Origin: Dimorphilus gyrociliatus
Taxonomy: Eukaryota; Animalia; Annelida
Direction of reading: 5' to 3'
Assembly (NCBI GenBank): GCA_904063045.1
Contig: CAJFCJ010000008.1
Coordinates: 310,001-374,000, forward strand
Length of the DNA stretch: 64,000 nucleotides
Shown in pieces: positions 53,298-64,000 of this stretch. The position numbers were made by a program, and so were the translations under genes. The first letter of the stretch is position 1, and each line of letters opens with the position of its first letter. The notes beneath the pieces are model-generated. The model saw nothing but the letters and a program-made list of their open reading frames with translations. It was not told the origin of the DNA and made no database searches.

Positions 53298-54935
53298 TCC
53301 GTATAATGAATTGTAATTATTTTTAAGCTTTTTTTACACACTCTTTACTATTTAAAGTTTAAGCTTTTTATCAGTTAGATTTTACAAAAGGTAATAAGTA
53401 AATTGAATAGAATAAAGGGATAAATAGAATTGAAAATATTATACAAAAAGGTAAAAAAAACGGTTAAATACAAATACAAAAACTCGTATAAAACTGGTAT
53501 ATCTATCATAAATGCCCTGTTGTGATTATTTCAATTGAACTATATTTTTTTTTTGCAACAACTAGATCATATAGTATTTTATTCTTTTATGACGAGTTAA
53601 CCTTTCATTGTAATTTTTAATTAAGTATTATCTATTCAAGAATTTAAGGAAAAAATTAATAAATAATGCTAAAAAAAGAAAACTTCTTTTATGAACAAAG
53701 AGATAACGTAATAAAGGAAGAACAAAATCTTTTTTGTCTATACATGAAAAGTAAATATTTTAACTGTTGCTTTATTTTCATAGTTGGAAAACAGATATAA
53801 GTCTTTTATATATATATATATATATACTAATCTTATCTATCAATCATCAGATCATTCATCTCCACCCATTTTTTCTTCCCCTTAGTAATCAATACTTTAC
53901 TGTTAAAGATAACTTTCAGTTTCTTTTATTTTATGCCTGCAATTTGATCTTAAAATTCCAAGGTGTGTCATGCAGATAACGTTGAGAAAACGGCTACTAA
54001 AATCAATATTATCAGTATACGTGTTTACATATTTTCAATATTTCAACTTGAACTTATTCAAGCTTCTATACTTTATAAATACTCTACTTTTATAAATATA
54101 AATGTATTAATGTACTTGATTAATGTACTTTAGGAGATAAATGTTGATAAACAATATTTATCACTTCATCTAGTTTCATGTGTTAGATAAGCAAAGCGCC
54201 ATCTGCAGTAAGCGTTTATTATTAATAATTTTTAAGAATTACAATTTATACTTTTTCAATTGGAATATTTATATACATTAATGTCTCCTTTTTGCAGTTG
54301 GTATGCAGGTATTATGTATACCCGTTGCAGCTTTGTGGTGTCTAGTCGGTTATTGTATATTTCGCATGCAACCTCCGTCAAGTGATGACGACTATTATAC
54401 GATAGAAAAATACGCCTTAAGAAAGCCTATAAAAAAGAAATTGAAAAAGAAGGAGAAGAAAGCTAACGAAGTATTCATGAAAAGACGTCAGAACGTTGAA
54501 GAACTCTATTCAAAACCACTAACAGGGAGATCGAGAAAAGCATCTGCAGCATCTCTAGATTCTGCCAAAGATAGTGGCTATTCGACTAAAAATTCATCTT
54601 TAAACCTTCCCTTAAGATCTGCTTCAAAGTCAGACGAAGATACCCCAAGTTTACCAGACACAAAATTAAGAGATACCTGTATTAAGAGTAGTCAAGATAA
54701 ATTAGCCGCCCTTGATGATTGGCTAGACAGGTCATTAAAAAAGTCTGAGAACGATCTCTCAAATATAGATGAAACTACTTTATTTAACGCTGACAAAGCA
54801 GACAATTCAAATATTGAATGTCAAAATGAAAAAACTGCAGAATATGACGTAATTGATTCATTAACTATAGTCAGTACGGACACATTGAACAGACTGGCAA
54901 ATTTAAGAAAGTGTGAAAATGTTGTTTCTGGTTAA
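51953..54935 (+). CDS. Uncharacterised single-pass membrane protein
   Basis: Exon 51953-52070 (MEENCRKYIDADEDHYVSIDSLDEEERYEDDEYIMKKPS, donor G/gtaaga, phase 1) joins exon 54298-54935 (acceptor tttttgcag, phase 1), which encodes VLCIPVAALWCLVGYCIF then a basic and Ser/Asp-rich tail. An optional 45-nt exon at 53976-54020 fits the phase. Confidence 0.65.
53263..53292 (+). repeat. (AAT)10 microsatellite
   Basis: Directly visible trinucleotide run. Confidence 0.9.
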
Positions 54936-56274
54936 AGCGGATAGAAAAATAACGCGAAATATATTAACAATAAAGAAAAGTAAAAATATAAAAGAAAATC
55001 CGGTTTTTTTTTAAAAAAAAAAAGAAAGAAAAACAATTTATTTACAAACTTTTGTTTTTACTTGAATTCAAATGGGAAACTTGTTATTGTTTTTTTTTTT
55101 ATTATTACTCTTCTTACTTGTTTGTTCTTTTCCTCTATTCTTTTTATTTCGCGTTCAATTGTACGATAATCGAAAGACAAGTATTGATATATCATTAATT
55201 GTGGCATTACTCTTAAAGATAAATATATAGTATATATATATATATATATAATCATTATAGTCTGCATTGCCACTTAAGTTATGTTCCATCATTTTTATTC
55301 AATAAAGTAATATTTCTCTTTTAAAATTGAACTTTTCAATTTCTATATAAAAGTATATAACAAAAGGGAAGAGGCGGCTTTTAAAAAATACCGAATAAGT
55401 GGTGGATTAAAACGGCAATAATAGAGAGAAAGAAGCAAGACTTTTTTTTTACTAGTATTTCATATTTTTTATGAAATAGCATATATTATTATTTTCTCTC
55501 TTTTCTGTGCTGTTGTTAAAGGCCTATATACCAAAATGGGTGTGAACGATTTACCAAACAGCATAATATTGTAACAAGTGGACTACCTTGCGTGCTCAAG
55601 TATGATTCCAAGCTATTTTCATTGTGCAATTTTATTAAAACAACCATCCTTTTGTCTTCCTCTATTTTGTTTATTATGTATAATGAAAAAGGTAGTTGCC
55701 CTTATTTAAGGACAGAATGTAAGCTTGCCTCAAAAAGCTAAAGATCCATCAATAATGGAATAAACAACAGTTAAAAAAATAAATAACAGACAACGCCATC
55801 TTTCTGATAAAGTTTCTTATTTATTTATAAATTTAATCATAGGATTTTTCATAGAAAAATTAGGATACAGAATCTTTATTTTCTTCCCCACAGCTCTTAT
55901 ATGTATTATTATTATATATATATATAATAATCTCCTTTTCCTTTCACTAAAAATAGGTCTAGTACGAATATATTGATATTTGTGTAGATAAATAGAGAGA
56001 AAATATACAAGTCCCTTAAAAAAAAAAGAAGATATACTTAAGGAATTTTTCTCTCTAATAGGATTTTATTGAATTGACCTATTAGCTAGGAGATGATTTA
56101 TATTAGAGTATAGTAATATAATTTTGAAAAAAAAAGGGAGGAGAGAGTGAGAGAGAATACATTGAATTATGGATTAATAATAAAGAAAAGAGCAATTTAT
56201 TCGTAAATTTTAACTGTAACATTATTGTTATGTGCTTTTGCGGAATTTTGTGTAGTATTTAATAAGAAAATGTT

Positions 56275-58636
56275 TTATTTAAACTCATGTTCTGCTAAAG
56301 GAGCGGCCTCTCTAACATCCGGTAACTCTTTATTAAATCCTTCTTTCCCAAGAAGCCAATAGGTTCGGACTATTCCTTTACCTTTTAGCATAATTTCACC
56401 TCTTTCTTCCACTATATAACCTTTTAGGCTGTTGAGAATTTTTTTACATTCTGGACTTATATGAATTCTTAAAGCCAGACCGTTTGATTCCATTCTGGAT
56501 GCATAATTTACTGTATCACCGAAAAGGCAGTATCTAGGCATCTTTAATCCTACTACTCCAGCAACAACCGATCCAGAATGAATACCAATCCTTAATTGTA
56601 ACTGTTTGTTAGGACAATGTCGTATCTTAAATTGTTTTACAGAGGATAGTAATTCCAAAGCCATGGTGCATATTTCTCCGGCGTGTCGTTCGCCATTAGG
56701 AGTGGGTAGGCCAGAAACAACCATATAGGCATCGCCAATTGTTTCAACTTTGTAAACATCAAAAGTTTCCACTATATTATCAAAGGTCGTATAGAGGTCG
56801 TTTAAGAAATCAACAACCTGTAAAGGGGTACTAGATGCTGCCAAAGCAGTAAAACCGACAATATCACTAAAGAAAATTGTCGCTTTTTCGAATAATTGAG
56901 GGGCTATAGTTTTACCAAGCTTCAATTGATCAGCCACCTGACGGGGTAGCATACGACCTAAAAGTTCTTCGGTCTTCTTCTGTTCCTCCGCCAGTTGTTG
57001 AGTCCTACTATCAACAAGATCTTCAAGATGGTCGGTGTATTTTTCCATCATTGTCATCATTTGATCTACCAAGTTGGTTCTCCTAACAATGGAAAGTAAT
57101 AAGGTAAAACTTCCGCTCAACTTAATTCCTGTATGTGGGAAGTACTTCTCAATTTAACTTACCTCCCTTTGTTCATCTTTGTCAATGAGTCTCTAATAGT
57201 AATAAAGTTTGGTCGAAATGCTCCAATTTCTTCCCAACACAGTCTCATTAAATCGCAGATTTCCTCCTCTCCTTCGTTCGGAAAAACTTTTGGCCTATAA
57301 ACTGGATGCTCACTTCTCTTAACACGGCGAACTATCTCTAATAAATTAATGTGAATTTCTTTAGAAATATGACTTTAAAGGAAAAGGTAAAATCATAAAA
57401 AAAGGGAAAACAGAGGGTCATTCACAAAGTACTGCTATTTGTTTGATTAGCCGTTAATAACTTACCAGCTGTATCTTCCGAACTATTTCCCCACGGACCA
57501 GATCTCTGGATTATTTCTTGTAAGATAATAGAGAAACTATATACGTCTCCCTTCGGACTTCCTGTTCTATTCGCGTCATCCTCTCTTAGATGTTCAGGAG
57601 ACGTCCATAACAACTCTAATATATAGATATTTCTATATTAATATTATGTAAATATTTCTCTAGAAGATGGCCGAATAAGGAGGCAAACACCTACGATAAT
57701 AATAAGCAGGATCTCCGAAGTTGTATAATCTTTCTCCTTCTCGAAATTTTCGTAAACCAAAATCAGCAATATGACACGTCCATCTAGAATCAACTAATAT
57801 ATTTGAACTTTTTAACCTCCCATGATACTTAATAGGACTGTCATGAATAGCAGCCATTCCTTGAGCGATATCGTGAGAAAAGGATAGTCGGAATATCCAA
57901 TCCAATTTAATATTATCATTCTCTAGAACATCTTGCAAACTGCCCTTATTACAATACTGACTAACAACGCAAATTTTGTTTGGTTCTATGCAGGCTCCTA
58001 TAAATGGATTAAGATTCGAGTGTCGTAACTTCCGAACAGCATTTAATTCGTGGATTATCTCATCAGTTAGATAAATATACGGTTTCTGTATCATCTTAAC
58101 GGCGACAATATTCCCTTGATATCGACCAATCTTGGTAAATATTTGCGGTTGATTGTTTAGCTTACGTAGTTCGGTCTCGGCCGATGACTTTTGTGACGTG
58201 CTTCGAAGGTCTTCGGATACAGCGAAACCCTATTAGAATGTAAAAAGTTCGAAGCTACATAAAATGAATCTATTTCTCTTTTTTAATTAGAACTTAAGGA
58301 AGAAAGCCATATGTAAGAGAAGCTAGGTTTATAGGTAAAAATTGATTAGCTATTATTTGTTTTATTCATTAAACAAATAAATCATTTCTGGTAAAAAGCA
58401 GATATTTTTCTTTCATAAATTTTCTTATTAATCAGTATTTTTTTTTATAAAAAAAATTAACTATTTTTACTTCAAACGCTAGGTGGCATTATATTTTCTT
58501 CTTCTTCTTCTTCCTCGTCTTTGTCTTTTTTCTTATATAATAATCTGCTTTTATCCATTTCAAAGGGCAAAATTTGAAATTCTTAATAAAGCCAAAAATA
58601 AGAAAAAAAAATGAGAGAGAGAAAAAGAGAGAAAAC

Positions 58637-58672
<36 letters not shown>

Positions 58673-61600
58673 TAGTGAAAGAGAAAAATATAGAAAAACA
58701 AACTGTTAAGTCTCTTGAAAAAATATTTCCCAAAGTTAAATGAATACTCATTAAAAACATAAAATAAAAAACGAATATTAAGAGAAAATAATGGTTTAAA
58801 AAATAATTAGCAGGGGGAAGATAAACACCAAAAAAAAATGAAATCATATAAAAATGACCATAATTAGCCGCTAAATCTACCAAGTATATGCACATGTAAT
58901 TCCACTAATGCATCAGCGTGCAAAGCTCTATCATAATGGACAAAACAAAAGTAAACTACCAATAATTTCGTCGGCATTCTGCCGTTGCTTTGATCAGTCT
59001 GATGAAAAGTTTGTTGACGATTTGCAACTCGCTGAAAAAGTAAGTGGAAAAAAAATTCGAGGAACGAGAGAAAAGAGATGATGTGAGAAATTGAGGAGGT
59101 ACGATAAATGGGATGATGTTTTAAGGAGAGATAGGAATTTGTTTTTTATTTTTTTTTCTTTAATTGCTATATAAAATAGATGTAAATTTGTAGTTTATCA
59201 ATTATTTTTTAGGCATATTTGTGAATTATCATCTTCTTTTCATAAAGATTAACAAGGAAAAGAAGACATCATTTTTCTCAAAAATAGGGCAAATTTAAAT
59301 AAAATGTAGTTAATTGTTTTGTTTGCTTGTTTTGGGAGGATATTTCGAAATAAATCACCTTTACCACAGAAGGCGTCTTCTTTAGTTTCTGCTTGGCTTT
59401 GGCCAACGTTTGATCCACATTTTCAGTGCTATCATCGAAATCCTGCTTTCAAAGTTTGGCGCGGAAAAATTCGCAGCAAGTGCAGAACATTTACAGTAGA
59501 AGATATAGAAAAAGATAACATTAGGACTATATTGATCATGCTTGTTTTGTTTGTTTGTTTACTTGTTTTGCTATAAATACACTTATTTACTATTCATTAT
59601 AGTGATAATTATAGGATTGTTATATATACAGTATATATTTATATACGTATGTATATATATATATATATATATATACATATATATTCTCTAAAATATATGA
59701 GATTAATACAGAAAATGTCTCAAATGATACGTCAAAGAAAAAGATAGAAATGCTTAGATAAGCTTTAAAAACAGAAAGAAATTTGTTAAAACTAACTTAC
59801 CCTACTCAGCCTACTACCAAAATTAGATTTGCTATGCATTTTTGACATGTCCAAGTCTCCGAATGTGATTTTCCAAGCAGTACTTGCTAATTCGGCAGAT
59901 AGTTTCATTTTTCTAATTGGAAATTAATAGAAAATTTTTTTTCAATGATTGCCCTCTTCTTTTACCTTTAATATCGTTAATTATATAATATTTAACATAC
60001 CTATTAATTTTATAAACGGAAAAGCCTAGTAATAGCGATAAGAGGATAACAGCAGGTATTACAGCTCCAACTATCCAGGCTATAGATTAAAAATGTATAT
60101 ATAAAAATTGTTACTTTGTTAAATTAAAAATTTTACAATAAAAATGATGTAAATTATAACATTAGACATGATTTTGTCTTTGTCCAAAAATAGATTGGAT
60201 AAATAATGATGTAATTCCCTAATTAAAAGAGTTAAAAGTAATATAAATACGATGTTATTCGTATCTATTTTTCCGATTTAAATGACTTTTAGAATAATTA
60301 GTTTTAAGTAACTTCTTCATCGGATATATATATAAGATAATTTAGAGTGTTTTTTCTCCCTGGGCCCGAATTACCAGATAAATATCATAAACAAACTAAA
60401 TACAGGAAAGAGTATACTTTTTGTTTTTAAAAAAAGAAACAACGTATCGTAAATGAGATTCGTGCTAATCGTGACGGTTTGAACCTTGTCTACTCTTTCT
60501 CTGTGTTCCATTGTATTCGTATGTGTATTCATATACTTCTTTACTCATTTCTCTTTTCAATTTTAGGAACTTACTTGAACTTGTACACTTTTCTCCGTTC
60601 CATCCACAGTCGGGTTCCCCAATGGGAGGTTTAATTAGGCCACCTGGCCAATGAATTACTTCTGGTCCAGTACGAACTATTTCCTGTTTATCCACTGATT
60701 GGTTAAAAACTTCTTTCCAACTTCCATTCCAGTAGTTTAAAATAACTCGATCAGTTACGATATCACCGTTTTGGTCGGTGGTTATTCCATCTCCATATGA
60801 GCTATTTAGTAAATATTTCATAAGATTATCGTTTTTAGCTTCTATAGACGCTCTTTCAAATAGACTTATAGCATCTTTGAGCAAATCACTTCGAGATCCT
60901 CTCTTTGCACGAATATTCAAAAATCCATTGAAGCTATTGTTTAATTGTAGTTGAGTCTCATCAAAATCGATCGACATAAAGACATATTCGGCCTTGTAAA
61001 GACCAATAAAGAGGGATTCGGCTAAAGCTGAATATGTTCCCTGTTCATCAGCTATAATAATAAATATACGAGCCAAATCCTTTGCTTTGAGCAGCTCATT
61101 TCGTTTTACCTCGATCTTTTTCTTTTCTTCGTAGAAGGTTGTCTTAAAAAAATCTGAACGGTAAACTTTTATGCTTTTCAAAGTTAAAAACTCTTCAAGA
61201 ACTTCCGCCGTACTAGAAAATGGATCGCAGGATGGAGCCAATATAACGACCCTAGACCATCCAAATTTCAGTAACATCTTCCATACAATATCCGTTGTTC
61301 TGAGGATGGTGGATCTAGTTCGAACGAAGGTCGGAAATTCTCGTTTGTTCGATAATTTAATATCAGAGCATGAATAAGAAATCAGAGGTATGTTCCAGAC
61401 GGTTGCTAATGATGCTAAAGGAATGCATAGACTTTCAAAAGGTGGTCCTAAAGGGGGAAGAAACGAAAAAATCATAGACATAAAACTAAAGATAGAGAAA
61501 TTAAATCATTTAAGAAACCAAAGTTAAAAATATTATCCACCTATAATAATTGAAAAGTTCTGCTCATTCTTTATCACAATAGTATCTTCTAAATATTTCC

Positions 61601-61736
61601 AATTATCCTCCATGAAAATCTTGGTATAGTTACTGCTGATATGGAAGCTTTGCATTGACGAATTGAGATCCATCGAAAGTAAAAGAACAATTTGACTGGA
61701 AGAAGCTAAAGGTAGAGCAAATAGAAGAAGGAGCAT
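56275..61736 (-). CDS. Receptor-type (membrane) guanylyl cyclase, NPR/GC-A-like architecture, about 975 aa
   Basis: Exons 61736-61541 (signal), 61447-60575 (ANF-receptor ectodomain GPP...[12 protein letters not shown]; juxtamembrane [10 protein letters not shown]), 60079-60001 ([24 protein letters not shown]), 59912-59801, 58229-57695 (kinase-homology [12 protein letters not shown]), 57615-57466 ([10 protein letters not shown]), 57337-57163, 57082-56275 (hinge plus catalytic [35 protein letters not shown] with the E and C GTP-specifying residues). 2928 nt in frame. Confidence 0.96.
58613..58672 (+). repeat. (GA)n-rich microsatellite in a guanylyl cyclase intron
   Basis: Interrupted GA run; explains the low-complexity ORFs 58489-58895. 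Confidence 0.85.
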
Positions 61737-63101
61737 ATCTGGAAAAAAGAGACGTGCGAGGGTAACGTCTTTCCAGCGTCGAATGACGCGGCGTCAGTCA
61801 CGAATACCCGTTAAAGCTTCTACGGCTATTATTCTAATTAGGTGTTTTACCAACAGCGGAAACTAGCCGGCAAAGTCTATAATAAGGTCACTGTCATCTC
61901 TAACATGAATAACCTAAGTCAACGTCCTAAATACGACTTAATTAAATTCCAATGATTACGTAAACTCATGCCATACTTCAAAAAGGATATTTCATTAAAT
62001 ATTTCATTCTTTTGAAGTTTTGACCACGCCATCTAGATGCTATACAGGCAATCTAAAGTAAGGCTTAATTAGGAGAGATTAGTTACTTGAACCAATAAGA
62101 TTGTAAAGAATGTAAATTAGAAAGAAAAATAACTATTTACGAAGACAAAATGATGAATAATTTTAACTTTTTTACTTTGAAAAAAAAGAGTAAAAGGTTC
62201 AGATAAAGGGAGAGAGGCAATGGAAATTAACATCGATCCCTTCCTTACACCGGAAAGACTGTAACCTAAAAGAGAGGAACAAGAAGTGTAACGGTGATTC
62301 TTTTTTCTTTTAAATTACCTTTTATGCCTTTACTCCTTTCATTATATTAACAGTACGTCAACTTCTACAATCAAAAAAGGTTTTTGGTATGAAAAACTTT
62401 GAACTCGAAAGGGATAAAAATAACAACGATTTCGTGTTATATTCTTAGCTGTTTATTAAGAGGACAAAGGTCTATAACTTGCAAGTAAATATGAAAGACT
62501 ATTTCTGTTTAAATAGAAATTATTAAACGAAAATTGAAGTAAGAAGAAGATGGCGCCCCATGCTAATTGTGCTTTCTTTTCAAGGGCACACCAAAGATCT
62601 GTAAATGAAGATTAGATGATTAAAGTAGGAGGTCACATGACTGAAGGAGGAAGTCCGAACCGGATTAGCTCCAATTAAACGCAAAAAAAACACATTGACC
62701 CCTTTAATCCCCTTTGAAATTATCTCACAACGTTTCTCATTAATTGCTCGTATAATCGTCGTTAGGAAGTTACCAAAACGACATCTATTGTCAACAAACG
62801 CCATCTAACTATCTAAAAATAAACATCAGCCGCCACAAATCGAATATAACGCTTTTCCGTTTGTCCTTTTCGACGTCGTGTCAAAGAATAAATTAGTCTT
62901 CTCTGATTTTGGAACGTAGAACAAATATAAACGGGACTACGACCGGACGTCTTCGTGTGTTTCGTTTATGCAAATTGTTTCGCGCCAGCGACCCCAAACG
63001 ACTTTTCGGAATTCACATTCGTTTGCCTAGTTTGTACAAGATTTTACTTCAGTTCGTCTCTTTAGGCCTAATCAACAAGGAAAAAGATTTCAGAAGAAGT
63101 T

Positions 63102-63304
63102 ATGGATAGGGCGCAGTTAGCGTTCATGTTTATCGGCTTTCTTCTTATTTTACAACCGGCTAATAGCTTCGACAAAGCTAGTTATTGCGTAATGGCCTGC
63201 CAAAGAGGAACCGGGGGTAATTTTTGTCAGTGTAGAGCAAGTCACTTCGCCGGGAAAAGAAAACGTAACGAAGCAGAAGAAATGGAGAAGGTTAAGGATT
63301 TAAG
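63102..63304 (+). CDS. Neuropeptide precursor, HFAamide type (first coding exon; remainder not resolved)
   Basis: Signal peptide MDRAQLAFMFIGFLLILQPANS, then FDKASYCVMACQRGTGGNFCQCRASHFA-G-KR-KR: four Cys, Gly amidation donor and dibasic cleavage site. Donor AG/gtaggc at 63305. The family name is from recall of annelid neuropeptide catalogues, not a search. Confidence 0.8.
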
Positions 63305-63832
63305 GTAGGCAATTTTTTTTCCTCTTTCTCTTTCTTTTTTTTTTAAACCAAAAACAGATAATTTCACATTTATTACTTGAAACTTTAAATACTAAGTATT
63401 ACAAAGTAACAACACTCAAACGTGCAAAAAAGTACATTTATTAAGTTATTTCCAATTGAAATATTCTTTATATGGACTTTTTTCTCTTTTTCATCATTTA
63501 TCAAAAAAAAGCCTATATTCAAAAGTCTAAAACTAGTTATATTTATTCTATTTATTTATATATAATCAATCGACACGTTATTGTTTTTTAAAAGCTTTGT
63601 AGGTGGTCATAATTGCTTTTATAATCGAGCATTTAAGCAGAAAATTATCTATCCGACATTTTTATTTCTAAATTTCATAATTATTATCTCATAAAGTATT
63701 CAAAATTTTCACTATGCTATTTTCTCTCTTCCCTCCCTTTGTTATTGTTCGTCTCTATCGTTAGACTGTTTTCCGTCATCATAAATGCTATATTCTTAGC
63801 CTTTCCATCTCCGATACGATTTATCTCTCTTT

Positions 63833-63887
63833 CTTACTCATTCATTCATTCTCACTTTCTTACTCATTCATTCATTCTCACTTTCTT
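63833..63887 (+). repeat. Short tandem duplication of about 27 nt (TTACTCATTCATTCATTCTCACTTTCT-like, 2 imperfect copies)
   Basis: Two adjacent near-identical copies, followed by a CT-rich tract. Confidence 0.65.
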
Positions 63888-64000
63888 TTCTCTCTCCTTC
63901 CTCCCTCTCCCCCCCTCTCTCTCTCTCTCTCTGTCTCTTAGAACACATTGGTAAGTCTTATAGAGATGAATTCCTTAAATTTCTTTCTCTTTTTATATAA

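Noticed and set aside
61171-61377. Plus-strand 68-aa ORF
   Set aside because: Antisense shadow of the guanylyl cyclase ectodomain exon.
1-64000. Transposons, tRNA/rRNA genes, CRISPR arrays, prokaryotic operons
   Set aside because: No transposase or RT motifs, terminal repeats, cloverleaf/T-loop patterns or spaced direct repeats were seen by eye; the sequence is intron-containing animal DNA.

Overview
AT-rich eukaryotic (animal) DNA with GT-AG introns mostly 55-80 nt long and many (TA)n tracts. An HFAamide-type neuropeptide precursor and the compact gene structure point to an annelid-like lophotrochozoan (inference). The ORF track fragments the genes, so I spliced exons by hand. About 51 kb is taken up by two large, highly diverged paralogous genes arranged head-to-head, with start codons only about 640 bp apart. 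Gene A runs on the minus strand from 27381 off the left edge. Gene B runs on the plus strand, 28018-51006, with 26 exons and about 1887 aa in my model. Both show the same architecture, which I do not recognise as a named family: signal peptide, small ectodomain, TM, Ser/Tyr-containing cytoplasmic loop, second hydrophobic segment resembling an internal signal sequence, EGF, Ca-binding EGF, TNFR Cys-rich repeats, a roughly 620-aa ectodomain, then a multipass membrane region (five segments in B; A is cut off after two). A U6 snRNA gene and an orphan ORF pair lie in introns of gene B. The right end has an orphan single-pass membrane protein gene, a complete receptor guanylyl cyclase (minus) and, divergent from it, the first coding exon of the HFAamide precursor. 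I found no tRNA, rRNA, CRISPR array or recognisable transposon. All gene models are manual and lack transcript or database support.
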